Part shown: positions 9,912 through 19,557 of the stretch, one piece after another
How the letters are laid out: each line of letters begins with the position of its first letter
How positions within the stretch are numbered: the first letter of the stretch is position 1
Origin: Acidobacteriota bacterium
GTDB lineage: Bacteria; Acidobacteriota; Thermoanaerobaculia; Multivoradales; UBA5704
NCBI GenBank assembly: GCA_040005235.1
Contig: JBDTZG010000016.1
Span: 1-64,000, forward strand
DNA length: 64,000 nt
Reading direction: 5' to 3'
Program-made: the position numbers and the translations under genes
Notes under the pieces: generated by a model
Told to the model about the DNA's origin: nothing
Seen by the model: only the letters and a program-made list of their open reading frames with translations
Databases searched by the model: none

Positions 9912-10322
9912 GTGGACATCGACCCGGAGGCTTGGCAGCGCGCCGCGGCATCTCTCGATCAGCAGTTCGGTCTAGAGGTGCTCTGGCTCTATGGTTCCGC
10001 CGCCAAGGGAACCGATCGACCGGGCTCCGATCTGGATCTCGGCGCGCTCTTTACCCGGCGGCCGAGCGGGTACGAATTATTCAAGGCCGCGATTGCGGTC
10101 GGCGAGATTCTCGGCCCCCCGGTAGACCTGGTCGATCTAGACCGCGCCGGGCCGATCCTCGGTATGCAGGTTCTACGCTACGGCCGCCTGCTGGTCGATG
10201 CCGTCCCGCGTCGGCGTCATGGGTTTTTCTCCCGCACCGTCAGCCTCTACGAGGACCTGAAGATTCTCCGCCGCCCGGCCGAGAAGGCGATGTACGAGAG
10301 GATGAGCCATGGTCGACCTTGA
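9912..10322 (+). CDS. mntA: Minimal nucleotidyltransferase antitoxin (MntA-like)
   Basis: GSX10DXD motif (GSAAKGTDRPGSDLD) and VDLVDL. Confidence 0.9.
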   Translation: MDIDPEAWQRAAASLDQQFGLEVLWLYGSAAKGTDRPGSDLDLGALFTRRPSGYELFKAAIAVGEILGPPVDLVDLDRAGPILGMQVLRYGRLLVDAVPRRRHGFFSRTVSLYEDLKILRRPAEKAMYERMSHGRP

Positions 10323-10728
10323 TGTGGTGACGGCGAAGATCTCAACTCTCGAACGCTGCCTCGCCCGCATCGAGAGCACGAGATCGCAGCTGGGCCTCGC
10401 CGAAGCGGATCGCGACGACATCACCGCGCTCAACCTGGAAAGGGCCATCCAAGCGGTCATGGACCTCGCGATCCATGTCGTAGCGACCGAGGGCTACGGT
10501 GTACCTGACTCCGCCGGTGATTCCTTCCGCCTGCTCGGTGAACGGCGGATCATCCCCGGGGATCTGGTGGAGCGGCTTCGGAAGATGGTGGGCTTCCGCA
10601 ACATCTCGATCCACGACTACCGGAAGCTCGATCCCGCGATCTTCCAATCGATCATCGCCGGGCGTCTGGGCGACCTGCGGGAATTCGCGGCGCGTTTGAT
10701 CGACGCGTTCGGGCTGGCTTCCTCCTAG
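10309..10728 (+). CDS. hepT: HEPN/DUF86 RNase toxin (HepT-like)
   Basis: RX4HXY motif (RNISIHDY); overlaps mntA. Confidence 0.9.
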   Translation: MVDLDVVTAKISTLERCLARIESTRSQLGLAEADRDDITALNLERAIQAVMDLAIHVVATEGYGVPDSAGDSFRLLGERRIIPGDLVERLRKMVGFRNISIHDYRKLDPAIFQSIIAGRLGDLREFAARLIDAFGLASS

Positions 10729-10748
10729 CCACCCCGGAGGCCTCGGAA

Positions 10749-10976
10749 ATGAGCTATGACGATTGGGACGAGCAGTTCCGTGAGGAACGGGTGACCTATA
10801 CCCTAGAGGATGGAGACCGGCTCATCGTGATCGAGAATGTCCCGGCGCGGGTTTCTCTACGGACAGGGGAGCGACTCTTTTCTCCGGCTACTGTAGAGCG
10901 AATTCAGACGATCGTCTGGGGTAAAGGCCAGCCCGTTCGAACTCTCCAGACACCCGTGTTCCAGTTCGTGGCTTAA
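10749..10976 (+). CDS. YgiT-type (MqsA N-terminal-like) small protein without cysteines
   Basis: IVIENVPARV..TGE.LFSP.TVERIQ pattern; GGAGG SD. Confidence 0.7.
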   Translation: MSYDDWDEQFREERVTYTLEDGDRLIVIENVPARVSLRTGERLFSPATVERIQTIVWGKGQPVRTLQTPVFQFVA

Positions 10977-10990
10977 CCCTCTACCCAGCG

Positions 10991-11111
10991 CCCGGGATCG
11001 CCGGGCACCACCTCGGCTGTTGTCGCTTTCCTGGGAGCGCCGAGCACCAGCTCGGCACCCGCAGCGGCCGAGAAGACCAAAGCAGCCGAGCTGGTGCTCG
11101 GCGATCCCGGG
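10991..11111. repeat. REP/BIME-like cluster (three units)
   Basis: Units at 10991-11017, 11030-11056 and inverted at 11085-11111 match the 2961-3041 element, including a similar spacer. Confidence 0.85.
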
Positions 11112-11237
11112 AGAAGCACTCCCATTGGTACAATCAGGCCGAATCATGGCCGACCAGAAATCCAGGCCCACCTGCCAGCAAGGGGATTGGACTCCGAAAG
11201 TGGGCTCGAAGACAACGCACTCTCTCGAACGTGAACG

Positions 11238-14200
11238 ATGAGAATCACCGCAACGCAGATCTACCAATGGGCTGAGAAACCCGAAGCGAAAGGGTTGCTG
11301 CCCGTGTTGGTACGTCGCCTCATCAATGCAACCTCTTCACCGACGGAGTTGTCGATCCGCGGCGCGGACTCTCTGAACCTTCCTGGATGGGACGGTACGC
11401 TCAACGTTGCCAAGGGCAACGCCTGGGTCCCAGTGGGCCAATCTCGCTGGGAAATGGGTGGTTCGGCAGACGTAGCGGGCAAGGCGCGCGACGACCTCAA
11501 AAAGCGAACTGCCGAAACTAGCCGGGAAGTTGCGGCCAATTTGGACTTCATCTTCGTCTCTCCGCGACGCTGGATAGGCAAGAAGGACTGGCAGGAGGAA
11601 GCAACAGCAGTCAACCATTGGCGCAACGTGCGCGCCCACGATGCCGACGACTTAGAAGCTTGGCTCGAGGCCGCACCGAGCGTGACGCTGTGGTTCGGCG
11701 AGCAGTTGGGCTTGTGGGGACCAGGTATTGAATCGATAGGCTCGTACTGGGATACCTGGCGCGGCCAGACCATGGCACATCTGACGGTCGAAGCCATCAA
11801 TACCGGTCGGGAATCGTGTGTGGTCAAATTTGGCGACACGCTTTTCGAGACGCCTGCCCTGATCGTTCTTGAGGCGGACAGCACGGAAGAGGCTGTGGCT
11901 TTTGCCTGCGCTCAATTGGTGGCGTTCGGCCACTCCGACAACGCGGCATGCATCACGAGTCCCGAGGGCTGGCGCTATGTTGATGCCAACCAGCAGATGC
12001 GGTTCCTGGTCGCCGCCAGTCCAGAGATCGCCGCGAGGCGCGCAGCGAAGGAAGGATCAATCCTGATCGTTCCCATGAACATCGGCGATCGGCCCGATTA
12101 CTTCTCACCTCCGGTGGCGCAAGCAGCGGAGGCGCAGCGCCTGATGCTCGAACGCCCCGACGCAGAGAGCTTCGAGAAAGCCCTCGTTGGTCTCGGCGAG
12201 GACTGCTCCGAAGCCGCCCGCCTGACCAGGTCCACAGGGCGGTCCTGGTCTGTTTATCGTCGCATCAAGGCGGCGAATCCTGCGATCGCTCAACCGGCAT
12301 GGATAAAAGATCCTTCCGCACGGTGTCTCACGGCGATCGTTCTTGTCGGCGGCTGGAACGACGCTGCGGCGGCCGACATCGCGTGTCTCGAAGCCGTCAC
12401 GGGTAAGAACTACGAGGATCTCGAGCGTGATTTGTTGCACATGGCGCACCTGGACGACTCCCCGGTCCTGAAAATCGGCACTGTCTGGAAGGCCAAAGCC
12501 CCACTAGAGCTTCTGTACCTATTCGCGTCAGCGTTCACGCGCTCCGAGTTGACGCGGTTCTTCGCAGCAGCGGAGGCAATTCTGGCTAAACCGGACCCTG
12601 CATTGCAGCTGGAGCCTGATCAGCGCTGGATGGCCTCGGTCTACGGCAAGGTCCGCGAGGAGTCCGGCATCGTCATCCACTCGATCACGGATTCCCTGGC
12701 GAAGCTGAGTGTCTACGCTGAGAACAACAACGACGAAAGGATTGCATCAGGTGTCCACGGGCTCGTCCGTACGCTGCTGGAAGGTGCGGATGGCGATCGC
12801 TGGCTTTCGCTCTCTAGCGTCTTGCGCGAGCTCGCCGAATCGTCACCCGAAATCTTCCTGCGCGCTGTGGAAGGCAGTCTTGAGCGGCACGATGCACCGA
12901 TCCGGCGACTGTTCACCGAGACCAGTGGCGACGCCGTTTTCGGAAGGCATTGGCACGCGAATCTGCTGTGGGCGCTGGAAACGCTTGCTTGGTCGCCCAA
13001 GTACGTTGGTTACGTGACGGATATTCTTGCCCGACTCTCATCTTCAGCCCTACCGGCGAATGTGTCGAATCGGCCAATGAAAAGCCTCGTTTCGCTGTTC
13101 CGGCCGTGGTGGCCACAGACGACAGCCGCGCCCAAGCCGCGCCTAGCGGCACTGGATCATCTGATCAAGATGCGTAATGACGTTGCCTGGGATCTTCTTG
13201 TAGCGCTCATTCCCGAGCCTTCGGGCTTCGCGGTCGCGAATGCCAAGCCGCACTGGCGGGGCGATGCCGCCAGCGCTGTCGGCCCGAATGATCTTGAGGG
13301 AATCCGGCAGTACTTCTCGGAAATTAACGCGCGCATCGTCGCCCAGTCTCAGGGTGTGCCTGTACGCATCGCCAAGCTAGTCGAATCTCTCGACAGCTTC
13401 GACGGGCAGGATCGCGAACAGATCGTCCGCCAAGTCGAAACATCCGCCGGCTTTCCCGACGACGATCGTGAGCTCATCCGCGGCGCGCTGCGCAAGTACC
13501 TCAGCTGGCATTACTCCTATAACCGCCGCGGCAAGCGCACGCGGACGACGGCGGATCGCTTACGCCCTCAGTTTGATGCGCTGAAGCCGACAAATCTCGT
13601 CACCCGCCACACTTGGCTCTTCCTTAATGATTGGGTCGAGATGCCGGATGGGCGAGACGATGACTATGAGAAAGCCGACGAGATTCGCGAGCGTCTGCGT
13701 TCCGAAGCCCTGCAAAAGATTTTCTCTGCAACTGGCTGGACCGGCATCGAAGAACTGATCCGGCGGGCGGGTTCACCTGGCCTGATCGGAAAACAGATCG
13801 CGCGCGCCGACTTTCCGGAGGCCGATGTCGCAGCTTGGACGCTCAAGCGATTCGCCGACGTTGGCGGACCGCTCCATGACCCCGTTCTGAATGGCCTGGT
13901 CCATGCGCTACCCCTCGACCGCCGCACTTCACTGCTCACGCAGTCTTGCGCGAAGCTCGACGCGTTAGCGATTGCGGCTTTTGCCAGCTTTGCGCCCTGC
14001 GATCGCGCGACGTGGAGTTTTCTCGACCGGCAGCCCTCTGATGCGCGACGGATCTACTGGCAAAGAGTGCAGCCCGGAGGAATGATCGCGGAGGATGTCG
14101 ACCTGGAATACTTCGTCGACCAAATGATGGAAGCTGGCCGGCACCGGACAGCGTTCCAAGCGATTCACATTGGTTTCAAGAGGGCCGATGCCGCACGGGT

Positions 14201-14987
14201 ACTCGCCCTGCTCGAAGCGATAAGCATCGGCGCCGATCCCGATGGACCGTTGCCGGATGGGGGGGACGTCGGCGAAGCGATGAAGGCAATCGAGAAGTCG
14301 GGCATTGCTTCACGCCGCCAGCTCGCGCTCCTTGAGTTTCGTTATTTCTACGTACTCGAGCACGGCGAACACGGAACGAAGATCCTCTATTCTGAGATGC
14401 TTGAAGATTCGATGTTCTTCATGGGATTCGTTTGCGTTGCTTGTCCGCCGTTTAGCCAGCCCCACACTGACGAGCCAGCTGACGAAGCGGTGCAAGCTTT
14501 CGCCTCCCTAGCCGGGAGCGTCCTGCATCACGGGCGCGGTGTTCCTGGTCGGATCGAGGGCGGCGGGATCGATCGTGTAAAGTTCGATTCATGGATCGGT
14601 GGAGTGCGGAAACTTGCGGCCGACCAGGATCGCTGCAATGCCGCTGACGTGACAATTGGCAAGTGGCTCTCGAACTGCCCCGCGGATCCGGACGGCATCT
14701 GGCCTTGCCTACCGGTGCGAGACCAGCTTGAGCAGCCGGGCACCGAGAAGATTCGCCGCGGCTTCCTTAGTGGTGTCATCGAGAATCGTGGCGTGCATAG
14801 TCGGGCGATCGGTGCTGGGGGTGGTCAAGAGCGTGACTTGGCCGCCCGCTATCGGGGATTCGCGGCGCCGTTGCAAGGCAGTCATCCGCAGACGGCGGTC
14901 GTCCTCGAGGCGATCGCGAAGCGATACGACACTGACGGGCGGTCGCAAGATGTAGATTCGGCACTTTGGAAAGAAGGCGTGTACTGA
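11238..14987 (+). CDS. 1249-aa protein: restriction-endonuclease-like N-terminus, possible degenerate NTPase, long helical C-terminus (candidate defence protein)
   Basis: Single long ORF with visibly more A/T-ending codons than its neighbours; PGWDG...RWEMG N-terminal motif; C-terminal RGV.SR..GG.QER.LA..Y. Confidence 0.6.
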   Translation: MRITATQIYQWAEKPEAKGLLPVLVRRLINATSSPTELSIRGADSLNLPGWDGTLNVAKGNAWVPVGQSRWEMGGSADVAGKARDDLKKRTAETSREVAANLDFIFVSPRRWIGKKDWQEEATAVNHWRNVRAHDADDLEAWLEAAPSVTLWFGEQLGLWGPGIESIGSYWDTWRGQTMAHLTVEAINTGRESCVVKFGDTLFETPALIVLEADSTEEAVAFACAQLVAFGHSDNAACITSPEGWRYVDANQQMRFLVAASPEIAARRAAKEGSILIVPMNIGDRPDYFSPPVAQAAEAQRLMLERPDAESFEKALVGLGEDCSEAARLTRSTGRSWSVYRRIKAANPAIAQPAWIKDPSARCLTAIVLVGGWNDAAAADIACLEAVTGKNYEDLERDLLHMAHLDDSPVLKIGTVWKAKAPLELLYLFASAFTRSELTRFFAAAEAILAKPDPALQLEPDQRWMASVYGKVREESGIVIHSITDSLAKLSVYAENNNDERIASGVHGLVRTLLEGADGDRWLSLSSVLRELAESSPEIFLRAVEGSLERHDAPIRRLFTETSGDAVFGRHWHANLLWALETLAWSPKYVGYVTDILARLSSSALPANVSNRPMKSLVSLFRPWWPQTTAAPKPRLAALDHLIKMRNDVAWDLLVALIPEPSGFAVANAKPHWRGDAASAVGPNDLEGIRQYFSEINARIVAQSQGVPVRIAKLVESLDSFDGQDREQIVRQVETSAGFPDDDRELIRGALRKYLSWHYSYNRRGKRTRTTADRLRPQFDALKPTNLVTRHTWLFLNDWVEMPDGRDDDYEKADEIRERLRSEALQKIFSATGWTGIEELIRRAGSPGLIGKQIARADFPEADVAAWTLKRFADVGGPLHDPVLNGLVHALPLDRRTSLLTQSCAKLDALAIAAFASFAPCDRATWSFLDRQPSDARRIYWQRVQPGGMIAEDVDLEYFVDQMMEAGRHRTAFQAIHIGFKRADAARVLALLEAISIGADPDGPLPDGGDVGEAMKAIEKSGIASRRQLALLEFRYFYVLEHGEHGTKILYSEMLEDSMFFMGFVCVACPPFSQPHTDEPADEAVQAFASLAGSVLHHGRGVPGRIEGGGIDRVKFDSWIGGVRKLAADQDRCNAADVTIGKWLSNCPADPDGIWPCLPVRDQLEQPGTEKIRRGFLSGVIENRGVHSRAIGAGGGQERDLAARYRGFAAPLQGSHPQTAVVLEAIAKRYDTDGRSQDVDSALWKEGVY

Positions 14988-15378
14988 CCGCCCGAGATGA
15001 TTTAGCGCCCTCCGATTAGCGTGCATTTCGAGCGGGCTATCAGTTCGCAGATCCGAAGGATTGGCCGGGGTTCACTTGATCACGGCGCTTCTCGCCGACC
15101 TTCTTTTGCGCCCCGGCAAACGACACGTCGGCTTCCAAAGGGTAGGGGACTGCCGCCTGGAAGCTCGTATTCGTGCTCTGCCACCGTACGATTTTCCCCG
15201 CGTAAGACCGATCCTGCCTGAAGACTTCTTGGTGAGGAATGCGCGAGGGCTGTTCCCGTGGCCGAGAGCACATCGTGGAGAGCGGACGGCGGTTGAGGCT
15301 TCGCCCGTACCGGTTTGTAGCGATGCCGGGCCGGTGTTTCGGGCGGACGCACCCCTGGTACGGCTCGTCGCACCGGTG

Positions 15379-15777
15379 TCACGCTCCCGCTCACCGGTGT
15401 GCCGGCCCAGCGCACTGCTGTCACGCTCCCGCTCACCGGTGCGCCGGCCCAGGGCACTGCTGTCACGCTTCAGCTCACCGGTGCGCCGGCCCAGAGCACT
15501 GCTGTCACGCTCCCGCTCACCGGTGCGCCGGCCCAGAGCACTGCTGTCACGCTCCCGCTCACCGGTGCGCCGGCCCAGGGCACTGGTGTCACGCTCCAGC
15601 TCACCGGTGCGCCGGCCCAGGGCACTGCTGTCACGCTCCAGATCACCGGTGCGCCGGCCCAGAGCACCGCTGTCATGTTCCAGCTCACCGGTGCGCTGGC
15701 CCAGAGCACTGCTGTCACGCTCCAGCTCAGCGGTGCGCTGGTCCAGAGCACTGCTGTCACGGTACAACTCACTGGTG
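15379..15777. repeat. Tandem repeat, 42-bp unit (2 x 21 bp), 9 full copies plus a partial copy
   Basis: Consensus TCACGCTCCCGCTCACCGGTGCGCCGGCCCAGAGCACTGCTG at 15379, 15421, 15463, 15505, 15547, 15589, 15631, 15673 and 15715. Confidence 0.95.
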
Positions 15778-15971
15778 GTGCGGCTCCGCCGACCGGTGAC
15801 GCCGTCCAGAATACTCCTCTGCGCGCTCAGCCCACGGGTGTCGGGGCTCTGCGAAGCGGTGACGGCGAGGCGAACAGCGCTTCGCGGGAGCGTCGAACGG
15901 GTGTCCTGGAAAAAACGAGGGGTGATCTCGGCCGGATCGGCCTTATGTCCTGTCGATCCTGAGGCGCCAGC

Positions 15972-16967
15972 CTACGGCACGCCGCCAGCCAGGATCGTGC
16001 CGAGCTTGGCGAAATCGAGATTGCCGCCCGAGACGACGCAGACCACTTTCTTGCCCCGCCCGGCGCCGGCCAGGGCAGCGGCGACGCTTGCCGCGCCCGC
16101 CCCTTCGGCGATCACCCGGCAGCGCTCGGCGAGGAGGCGGATCGCGGCGCAGATCTGGACGAGCGAGAAGGTGTGGGCGGAGCCGAGGTATTCGTGCGCC
16201 AGTGGCCACATCTCGGGCAGCAGGCTTTTGCCGCCGATCCCGTCAACGAAGCTCGGCCGGTGCTCGATCGGCACCGGTTCGCCGGCCGCGAGGGCCGCCG
16301 AGAGCGGAGCGGCGGTTTCAACCTCGCAGGCGATCACTTGCGCCGAGGGGCGGAGGGCTTTGAGCGCGGCTGCGATCCCGACCGAGAGCCCGCCTCCGCC
16401 GTAGGGGACGAGGACCGTGTCCACGTCCGGCAGCTCGTCCAGGATTTCGAGTGCCATCGTGCCGTTGCCGGCCATCACCTGAGTATTCGAGACGGGGTGG
16501 ATGAAGAGCCCATCAAGGCCCGGATAGCCGTGCTCCACCAGCACCTGCCACCAGCGGTCGAACGGCACCTTGAGAATTTTCCCGCCGAGGCGCTCGATGG
16601 CGGCGAGCTTGGTGGCGGGTGCCGTCTCGGGCACGATCACGGTGGTGGCGACGCCGAGTCGTCTGCCGTTCCAAGCCACTCCTTGGGCCATATTGCCGGC
16701 GGAGGCCGTGTAGACCCCGCCGCTCAACGCTTCGCGGGGTGCGGCGAGCATCGCGTTGCCGGCGCCGCGCAGCTTGAAGGAGCCGATCGGCTGGAGGTTT
16801 TCAAGCTTCAGCCAGATTTCGGGCGGCGGGCCTTCGTGGCTATCGTCGATCACGCCATCGAGAGGTAAGCGAATCAGCGGTGTCGGGCGAACGATCCCGG
16901 CCAGGCGCTCCCGGGCGGCGCGAATCTGTTCGAGGGTGGGTGCGGCGAGCGCTTCGGTAGGACTCAT
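15972..16967 (-). CDS. PLP-dependent threonine/serine dehydratase family protein
   Basis: KLENLQPIGSFKLRGA, SAGN, PYGGGGL and SGGN. Confidence 0.9.
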   Translation of the reverse strand: MSPTEALAAPTLEQIRAARERLAGIVRPTPLIRLPLDGVIDDSHEGPPPEIWLKLENLQPIGSFKLRGAGNAMLAAPREALSGGVYTASAGNMAQGVAWNGRRLGVATTVIVPETAPATKLAAIERLGGKILKVPFDRWWQVLVEHGYPGLDGLFIHPVSNTQVMAGNGTMALEILDELPDVDTVLVPYGGGGLSVGIAAALKALRPSAQVIACEVETAAPLSAALAAGEPVPIEHRPSFVDGIGGKSLLPEMWPLAHEYLGSAHTFSLVQICAAIRLLAERCRVIAEGAGAASVAAALAGAGRGKKVVCVVSGGNLDFAKLGTILAGGVP

Positions 16968-18001
16968 TCTTCCCTCCCGTCCGAATCCCATGCGATTCCC
17001 CTTCCTTGGTCGATCGCCTTCCTGTAAACGTGGAGGGCCGCGACCAGATCCTCGACTGCGAGCCCTAGAAGTTTAGCGAGAGTGATCTCGTCCGGGCTCC
17101 GGCGCCCCTCGATTCGTCCGAAGACCAGGTCGCCAAGCTCGCCGACGATGTGCTCGTCGGTCACCGCCCCCTCCGCTCGCGCCATGAGGAAGTCCCCGGA
17201 TTCGGCGAAGGTCGATTCCTTGAGATCAACGAAGAGGCGGGCGCGGGCAACCGCCGCCGCGTCCAGCTCGCGGTAGGCGGGAGAGCTGGAGCCGACCGCG
17301 TTGATGTGCGCTCCCGAGGCGATCCACTCACCCAGGAGAACCGGCTCGCGCGAGCTGGTCACGGTGCAGATTAAGTCCGCCCCGAGTACCGCCTCGCGCG
17401 CGCTGGCGACCGCCTCGACCTCCACCCCCTTGGCCTTCCAAGCCGCCACGAATGTTGCCCGCGACTCGGGCCGGGGGGAGTAGAGGCGGACCCGGCGGAG
17501 AGTCCGTACCTGGCGCATCGCCTCCAGGTGTGTATGGGCTTGGATGCCGCTGCCGAGGAGGGCGAGATCGCCGGCCTCCGGGCGGGCGAGCAGACGGGTG
17601 GCGAGCCCGGAGACGGCAGCGGTGCGGATGGCGGTGATCGAGGCGCCGTCGAGGATCGCGAGCGGCCGACCGCGCTCCGCTTCGAACAGGGCGACCATCC
17701 CTAAATGCGACTCTTCGCCCAGAGCCCGGTTGCCGGGGAAGACGCTCACCAGCTTGGTCCCGAGAATCCCCAGTCCCGGCTCTCTGTCGAGGGAAGGCAC
17801 CGGGCCGGTCCACTCCGGCGCCAGGAAGCCGGGCATCTCCCCGAGCAGCCCTGCCCGGTCGGGGGACCAGACGAGGAAGCGGCGCGGCTGCCCCCCCTGT
17901 CCCGTGGCCAGGGCACGGAAGGCGGCCTCCATGGCCTGGATGCACTCCGCCATCGGCAGGAGGTCTTCGACGTCGCGGCGATTTAGCAGGAGGATCGGCA
18001 T
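16964..18001 (-). CDS. Ornithine cyclodeaminase/mu-crystallin family protein
   Basis: ITAIRTAAVS, GSGIQA, HINAVG and GLAVED. Confidence 0.92.
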   Translation of the reverse strand: MPILLLNRRDVEDLLPMAECIQAMEAAFRALATGQGGQPRRFLVWSPDRAGLLGEMPGFLAPEWTGPVPSLDREPGLGILGTKLVSVFPGNRALGEESHLGMVALFEAERGRPLAILDGASITAIRTAAVSGLATRLLARPEAGDLALLGSGIQAHTHLEAMRQVRTLRRVRLYSPRPESRATFVAAWKAKGVEVEAVASAREAVLGADLICTVTSSREPVLLGEWIASGAHINAVGSSSPAYRELDAAAVARARLFVDLKESTFAESGDFLMARAEGAVTDEHIVGELGDLVFGRIEGRRSPDEITLAKLLGLAVEDLVAALHVYRKAIDQGRGIAWDSDGREE

Positions 18002-18089
18002 TGGGGGAGACCCTATGCCGGAATCCTACTCGACCTCACCGTTGCGGGCGGCACCCTGCTCCTCGGTGGTCGCGTTATCCTTGGCACCG

Positions 18090-18446
18090 ATGCGTAAACC
18101 CACCTCCCTCGAAACCGCCCGACGGTTCCTGCTCGCCCTACCTGGAGTGGAGGAGGGACCGTGCTACGGCACGCCGGGTTTCCGAGTGAAGGGCAAGTTG
18201 CTCGCCCGGGTATGGGAGGACGGGGAAACACTGGTGGTGAAGCTCGATTTCGATCGGAAGGAGCTGCTGCTCGCGGCCGAGCCGGAGGTCTACTTCACGA
18301 CCGACCACTATCGCGGCTATCCCTCCGTGCTGGTCCGCCTGCCGCGGATCGCACCGGAGACCCTGCGCGAGCTATTGGAGGACGCCTGGCGGATCGCGGC
18401 GCCCAAGCGTCTGGTCGAAGCGTTCGATGCGAGGACTCGGCGCTGA
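18090..18446 (+). CDS. MmcQ/YjbR family protein
   Basis: YGTPGFRVKGK, YFTTDHY.GYP.VLVRL and AWR..APKRL. Confidence 0.88.
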   Translation: MRKPTSLETARRFLLALPGVEEGPCYGTPGFRVKGKLLARVWEDGETLVVKLDFDRKELLLAAEPEVYFTTDHYRGYPSVLVRLPRIAPETLRELLEDAWRIAAPKRLVEAFDARTRR

Positions 18447-18454
18447 GGCTCGCT

Positions 18455-18640
18455 TTAAGGAACCGGGACGCCGAGGTCTTGGCAGATCTTTCGAGCGAGA
18501 AGATCGTTGATTTCGCGGTGGCGCGGCACGGCGCTTCGGTATCCCAGATGGAGGTGGCTCCACCAGGAATGGCGGGCACCTTCGCGTAGAAGGGCACAAC
18601 CGTACGCGGAAAGATGCGCCAGCAAGTCGCGTCGTTTCAT
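18455..18640 (-). CDS. hicA: HicA family toxin
   Basis: MKRRDLLAHL..YGC.LLREGARHSWW...VPRHREI...ARKICQDL. Confidence 0.9.
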   Translation of the reverse strand: MKRRDLLAHLSAYGCALLREGARHSWWSHLHLGYRSAVPRHREINDLLARKICQDLGVPVP

Positions 18641-18849
18641 ACCGCGATCGGGAATTCCTCGAAATTTGATCCGGCTGAAGCTATAGCTTCGATGCGATTG
18701 TGGTCGATCGCTTCGGACAGCGTGATGCGCAGGGTTTCGAGGAGCTCTTCTCGGGTCTCCTCCTGGCAGTTGACTCCGGGGACTTCCTCGATCCATCCGA
18801 TCCAGGCGCCCTGGTCTTGCTTGACGACGGCTGTGAAAGTTGGACGCAT
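18637..18849 (-). CDS. hicB: Short HicB family antitoxin without a DNA-binding domain
   Basis: FTAVVKQD..WIGWIEEVPGVNCQEETREEL; lies upstream of hicA with a 4-nt overlap. Confidence 0.88.
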   Translation of the reverse strand: MRPTFTAVVKQDQGAWIGWIEEVPGVNCQEETREELLETLRITLSEAIDHNRIEAIASAGSNFEEFPIAV

Positions 18850-18938
18850 GGATCAGGTCTCCCTTGGAATTTCCCCGAAACGATAGCAGACGGCAACGAC
18901 CACCTTCAACGTCGCGGCTATGGACGGGCAAGGCTACT

Positions 18939-19532
18939 TCACGTTGCTGAATCGACCGTTGCCTTGCACGGGCGGCAGATCTCTTCTTCCGTAACGACCA
19001 CCGCCATGGGAATGTCGTGCGGCTCGTTTGGGACCTCGTCGAGAAGCTGCACCGCATACGCGAGACCGATAGCCGGGAAGGGGCGCCCGGCAAGGAAGCG
19101 ATCGAAGTAGCCGCTGCCGTATCCCAGGCGGTAGGCTCGCCGGTCGAAACCCAACCCGAGGACGAGCACGGCGTCGATCGCTTCGTCGATCGCACTCTCC
19201 TCGATTTCGGGAGTCCCTCGCGGTGGTTGTTGGAGGCCGAAGGCGAGGGTGCGGAGCGGGCAAGGATAGGGATGGACGTGGAGGCGCCCGTCGCGAGGGT
19301 CCGACCGCGGCACGAACAGCTCCCGGCCGGAGGCGAGCAGGCGATCCACGAGGTGCCAAGTGTCGACCTCCCGTCCGAACGAAAGGCAGGTGAAGATGCG
19401 CCGGGCGTTTTCGATCTCCGGCAGCGCGATTACGCGTTCGGCGATCCGGTTCGACCCCGAGGTCGCGGTGGTGGAATCGATCTCACCGAGCCGCGCGCGG
19501 AGTTGCTCGCGCAACGCCGATTTCGCGGGCAT
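18939..19532 (-). CDS. 5-formyltetrahydrofolate cyclo-ligase
   Basis: KSALRE, EVDT, GLGFDRRAYRLGYGSGYFDRFL and EPHDIPM. Confidence 0.92.
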   Translation of the reverse strand: MPAKSALREQLRARLGEIDSTTATSGSNRIAERVIALPEIENARRIFTCLSFGREVDTWHLVDRLLASGRELFVPRSDPRDGRLHVHPYPCPLRTLAFGLQQPPRGTPEIEESAIDEAIDAVLVLGLGFDRRAYRLGYGSGYFDRFLAGRPFPAIGLAYAVQLLDEVPNEPHDIPMAVVVTEEEICRPCKATVDSAT

Positions 19533-19557
19533 TGCCGATGCACGGGCCGCGTCGATT

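Noticed and set aside
15379-15777. Tandem array as a CRISPR array
   Set aside because: Units are contiguous with no unique spacers, and there are no cas genes in the window
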